Shown here: one piece after another, positions 61,971-64,000 of the stretch
How positions within the stretch are numbered: position 1 is the first letter of the stretch
Layout: each line of letters begins with the position of its first letter
From: an uncultured Pseudomonadota bacterium
Lineage (GTDB): Bacteria; Pseudomonadota; Gammaproteobacteria; Burkholderiales; Thiobacillaceae
Length of the DNA: 64,000 nucleotides
Assembly: GCA_963713085.1 (NCBI GenBank)
Contig: CAVQKQ010000013.1
Coordinates: 42,023 to 106,022, forward strand
Reading direction: 5' to 3'
Notes under the pieces: model-generated
What the model was told of the DNA's origin: nothing
Seen by the model: only the letters and a program-made list of their open reading frames with translations
Databases searched by the model: none
Position numbers and translations under genes: made by a program

Positions 61971-63396
61971 CCCAATGCCGTTAAGTTAAGCCCAATCGCT
62001 TCCGGCCATGGTAGAATGTTTTCCGTAATGTTGTTATTAATCAATTGGATACATCAACAATGACATTGCAACTTCCATGCCAGTTTATTCGCCGAAACAG
62101 CGGCGATGCTCGAATCCGATGAGTTCATTGCAACTCATCGCACCAATCCAACCGATTTCACCCGACGCCGTACCTTGACGCTCTCCATGTTGGTGACCTG
62201 CCTGGCCCAAGGCTTCATCAAGGGCCTCCAGAGCGAACTCGACGACTTCTTCGGCCGCCTGGGCAATCAGGCGGCCTTTGTCCGGGCCGTCACCAAGAGC
62301 GCCTTCTCCCAAGCCCGCAAGAAGCTGCGCCCTTCCGCGTTCAAGGCCCTCAACACGCTGTTGCTGGATCGCTGGTATCAAGCGGTCGAAGTGCCGCGCT
62401 GGCATGGCTTTCGCCTGTTGGCCGCCGACACGACCACGCTGCGCGTACCCGGCCTGCCGGAAACCATCGAGGCGTTCGGCCTGCACAGCGGCGGCAGCGG
62501 GGAGGCGGTGCCAATGGCCATGGCCTTCGGGCTCTATGAGGTGGCCAGCGGGTTGATGCTGCATGCCGATCTTCATGCGGGCAGCGCTCGGGATCGGGAC
62601 CTCATGGCGGGGAGCCTGTCCCAGGTACACGCGGATGATTTGTTGCTGCTTGACCGGGGCTTTCCTTCCTACTGGCTGATGGCCTGGCTGTTGCGGCAAC
62701 AACGGCACTTCTGCATGCGCGTGGATGCCATGGCCTTCAAGGCGTTTGACGCCTTCCTCTATCGCTCCGACCAGGCCGAGGAGGTCGTCACGGTCACGGT
62801 GCCTGCCGCCACGGCGCGCAAGGCGGCGGCGAAGGGGTTCGTCCTGGACCAACCCACCTTCCAGGTGCGTTTGATCCGGGTGCCGTTGCCGAACGGGAAG
62901 AGCGAAATCCTGGCCACTTCGTTGCTGGATGCCACCGCCTATCCCGCCTGCGAGTTCGGGGCGCTGTATCACCAGCGCTGGCGCATCGAGGAGTGTTTCA
63001 AGCTGCTGAAATGCCGGCTGGCCGTGGAGCACTTCTCGGGCGAGCTGCCCGATTCCGTGCGCCAGGATTTCCTGGCCAAGGTGTGGCTGGGCAATCTCAC
63101 CGCAACCTTTGCCTATCTGGCACGTGCCAACCTTCCGTCCGAGAAACAGGCGCTTTTCCTTCCCAATCTGACCTATGCGGTGGCCGCGTTGCGCGCTTCA
63201 TTGCCACGGCTGATGGCGAAAGTGCGTGACCGAATACGCGTGGTCAAAGCCATCCTCAAACTGGTCGCCAATACCTTGGAATGGGTACGACCAGACCGCC
63301 ACTTCCCGCGTGAACGGCAGGCCGTCAAACCCATTCGATATCGTGCTTACAAGGCTATTCGGTGACATGTCGCGGGCTTAACTTAACGGCATTGGG
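61971..63396 (+). mobile_element. intact IS4-family insertion sequence (1426 bp)
   Basis: It has perfect 23-bp terminal inverted repeats, cccaatgccgttaagttaagccc (61971-61993) and gggcttaacttaacggcattggg (63374-63396), enclosing a single transposase gene. Confidence 0.85.
62106..63365 (+). CDS. IS4-family DDE transposase
   Basis: 419 aa. DDE-region motifs are LLAADTTTLRVP, LLLLDRGFPSYW and the YREK-type signature YHQRWRIEECFKLLK. Confidence 0.9.
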   Translation: MLESDEFIATHRTNPTDFTRRRTLTLSMLVTCLAQGFIKGLQSELDDFFGRLGNQAAFVRAVTKSAFSQARKKLRPSAFKALNTLLLDRWYQAVEVPRWHGFRLLAADTTTLRVPGLPETIEAFGLHSGGSGEAVPMAMAFGLYEVASGLMLHADLHAGSARDRDLMAGSLSQVHADDLLLLDRGFPSYWLMAWLLRQQRHFCMRVDAMAFKAFDAFLYRSDQAEEVVTVTVPAATARKAAAKGFVLDQPTFQVRLIRVPLPNGKSEILATSLLDATAYPACEFGALYHQRWRIEECFKLLKCRLAVEHFSGELPDSVRQDFLAKVWLGNLTATFAYLARANLPSEKQALFLPNLTYAVAALRASLPRLMAKVRDRIRVVKAILKLVANTLEWVRPDRHFPRERQAVKPIRYRAYKAIR

Positions 63397-63440
63397 GACA
63401 GACCACCTTTTTGTTCGCCTCCGCTTACAACCGCAGACAA

Positions 63441-63821
63441 ATGAAAACCCTCTACGCCCTCGTCGCATCCCCCTTCGCTGCCCATTTCCCCGACCTGTAC
63501 CAGGAACTGGGTATCGTGGCGGAGCGTTTCGACTCCGCCCGCAACCTGCACCGCGCGCTGAAGAAGCAGGTGCCCGACTTCTTCGTAGGCGAGTTCGTCT
63601 ATGCCTGGGGCAGTGACTACGCGGGCAACACGGTATCCAATCTGGATGTCACCCTGCGGACCCTTCAGGCCTTTGCGCCCCGGGCGAAGGTCATCGTGGT
63701 CATGCAGCCCGGCGAGGAGCCCCACATCGGCAAGCTGCTGGAACTGTTCCCCGTCCATGCCGTGTTGAAATACCCGATCGCCGAGGAACAGATGCGGACG
63801 GCCTTGCTAACCTCGGCATGA
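63441..63821 (+). CDS. hypothetical protein with receiver-like alternating beta/alpha pattern
   Basis: MKTLYALVASPFAAHF...DFFVGEFVYAW...AKVIVVMQPGEE...HAVLKYPIAEEQMRTALL. I recognise no family. The start ATG 63441 is chosen over 63411. Confidence 0.45.
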   Translation: MKTLYALVASPFAAHFPDLYQELGIVAERFDSARNLHRALKKQVPDFFVGEFVYAWGSDYAGNTVSNLDVTLRTLQAFAPRAKVIVVMQPGEEPHIGKLLELFPVHAVLKYPIAEEQMRTALLTSA

Positions 63822-63863
63822 ACACGCAGCGAATTGCCACCACGAGTATTGAGGGGATCAACC

Positions 63864-64000
63864 TTGAGTAACCGTATTTCAAAGCTCACTCCCTCCGTCA
63901 TCATTCGCATGGCACTTTGGGTACTGATGCTGGTGGGCGGTGGTGCCGCAGGCATCCGGCTGGACCTTGAGTGCTTTCCGCAGCTGTTCGCCAATCCATG
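63864..64000 (+). CDS. 5' end of a membrane protein gene (partial, runs off the window)
   Basis: The TTG at 63864 is preceded by GAGGGG. An in-frame ATG lies at 63909. It reads ...SVIIRMALWVLMLVGGGAAGIRLDLE... Confidence 0.3.
   Translation, partial: MSNRISKLTPSVIIRMALWVLMLVGGGAAGIRLDLECFPQLFANP

Noticed and set aside
61961-63405. Target-site duplication for the IS4 element
   Set aside because: The flanks (…gaggggaaga and gacagaccac…) share no direct repeat longer than 2 nt, so no TSD is claimed.

Overview
This is a GC-rich proteobacterial chromosomal segment with about 60 protein genes. I saw no rRNA, tRNA or CRISPR array. Left to right: (i) a tusA-like / dsrE-like pair followed by a GAF-PAS-GGDEF-EAL gene, then a DJ-1/PfpI gene. 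(ii) A marR-OMF-emrA-emrB efflux operon, then catalase and cfa. (iii) A small, visibly AT-richer islet with yefM-yoeB, an orphan PEP-CTERM protein and a decayed IS3 orfA. (iv) marC, then a block carrying three near-consensus sigma-54 promoters. These sit in front of a signal-peptide Hsp20, a zwf / membrane cytochrome c / GH15 glucoamylase string, and a YfdX-like / CcoQ-like / rhomboid / histidine kinase / NtrC-type activator string. (v) A LysR-controlled HPP / DUF488 / molybdopterin-oxidoreductase unit. (vi) A large dissimilatory nitrate block on the minus strand, narK1-narK2-narGHJI, followed by two nearly identical cysteine-less DsrC/TusE-like genes. It is divergent from narXL plus an HPP-CBS gene. 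Every long intergenic gap of the nar operon is filled by a pair of inverted GC-rich REP-like hairpin elements. (vii) An OmpA-type lipoprotein and a frameshifted orphan V-ATPase subunit-I-like gene. (viii) nrdA and nrdB behind a promoter with NrdR boxes. They are separated by an HDOD gene, a lipoprotein gene and a 41-codon chimeric mini-ORF built from a copy of the nrdB 5' end and a copy of the nrdA 3' end. (ix) An accessory tail with small TA-like genes, higA-like, orphan brnA, a P63C gene and an intact IS4-family element. Most long ORFs in the supplied track that run antisense to these genes are high-GC artefacts. All calls rest on reading motifs in the translated ORFs and the DNA by eye, with no database search.
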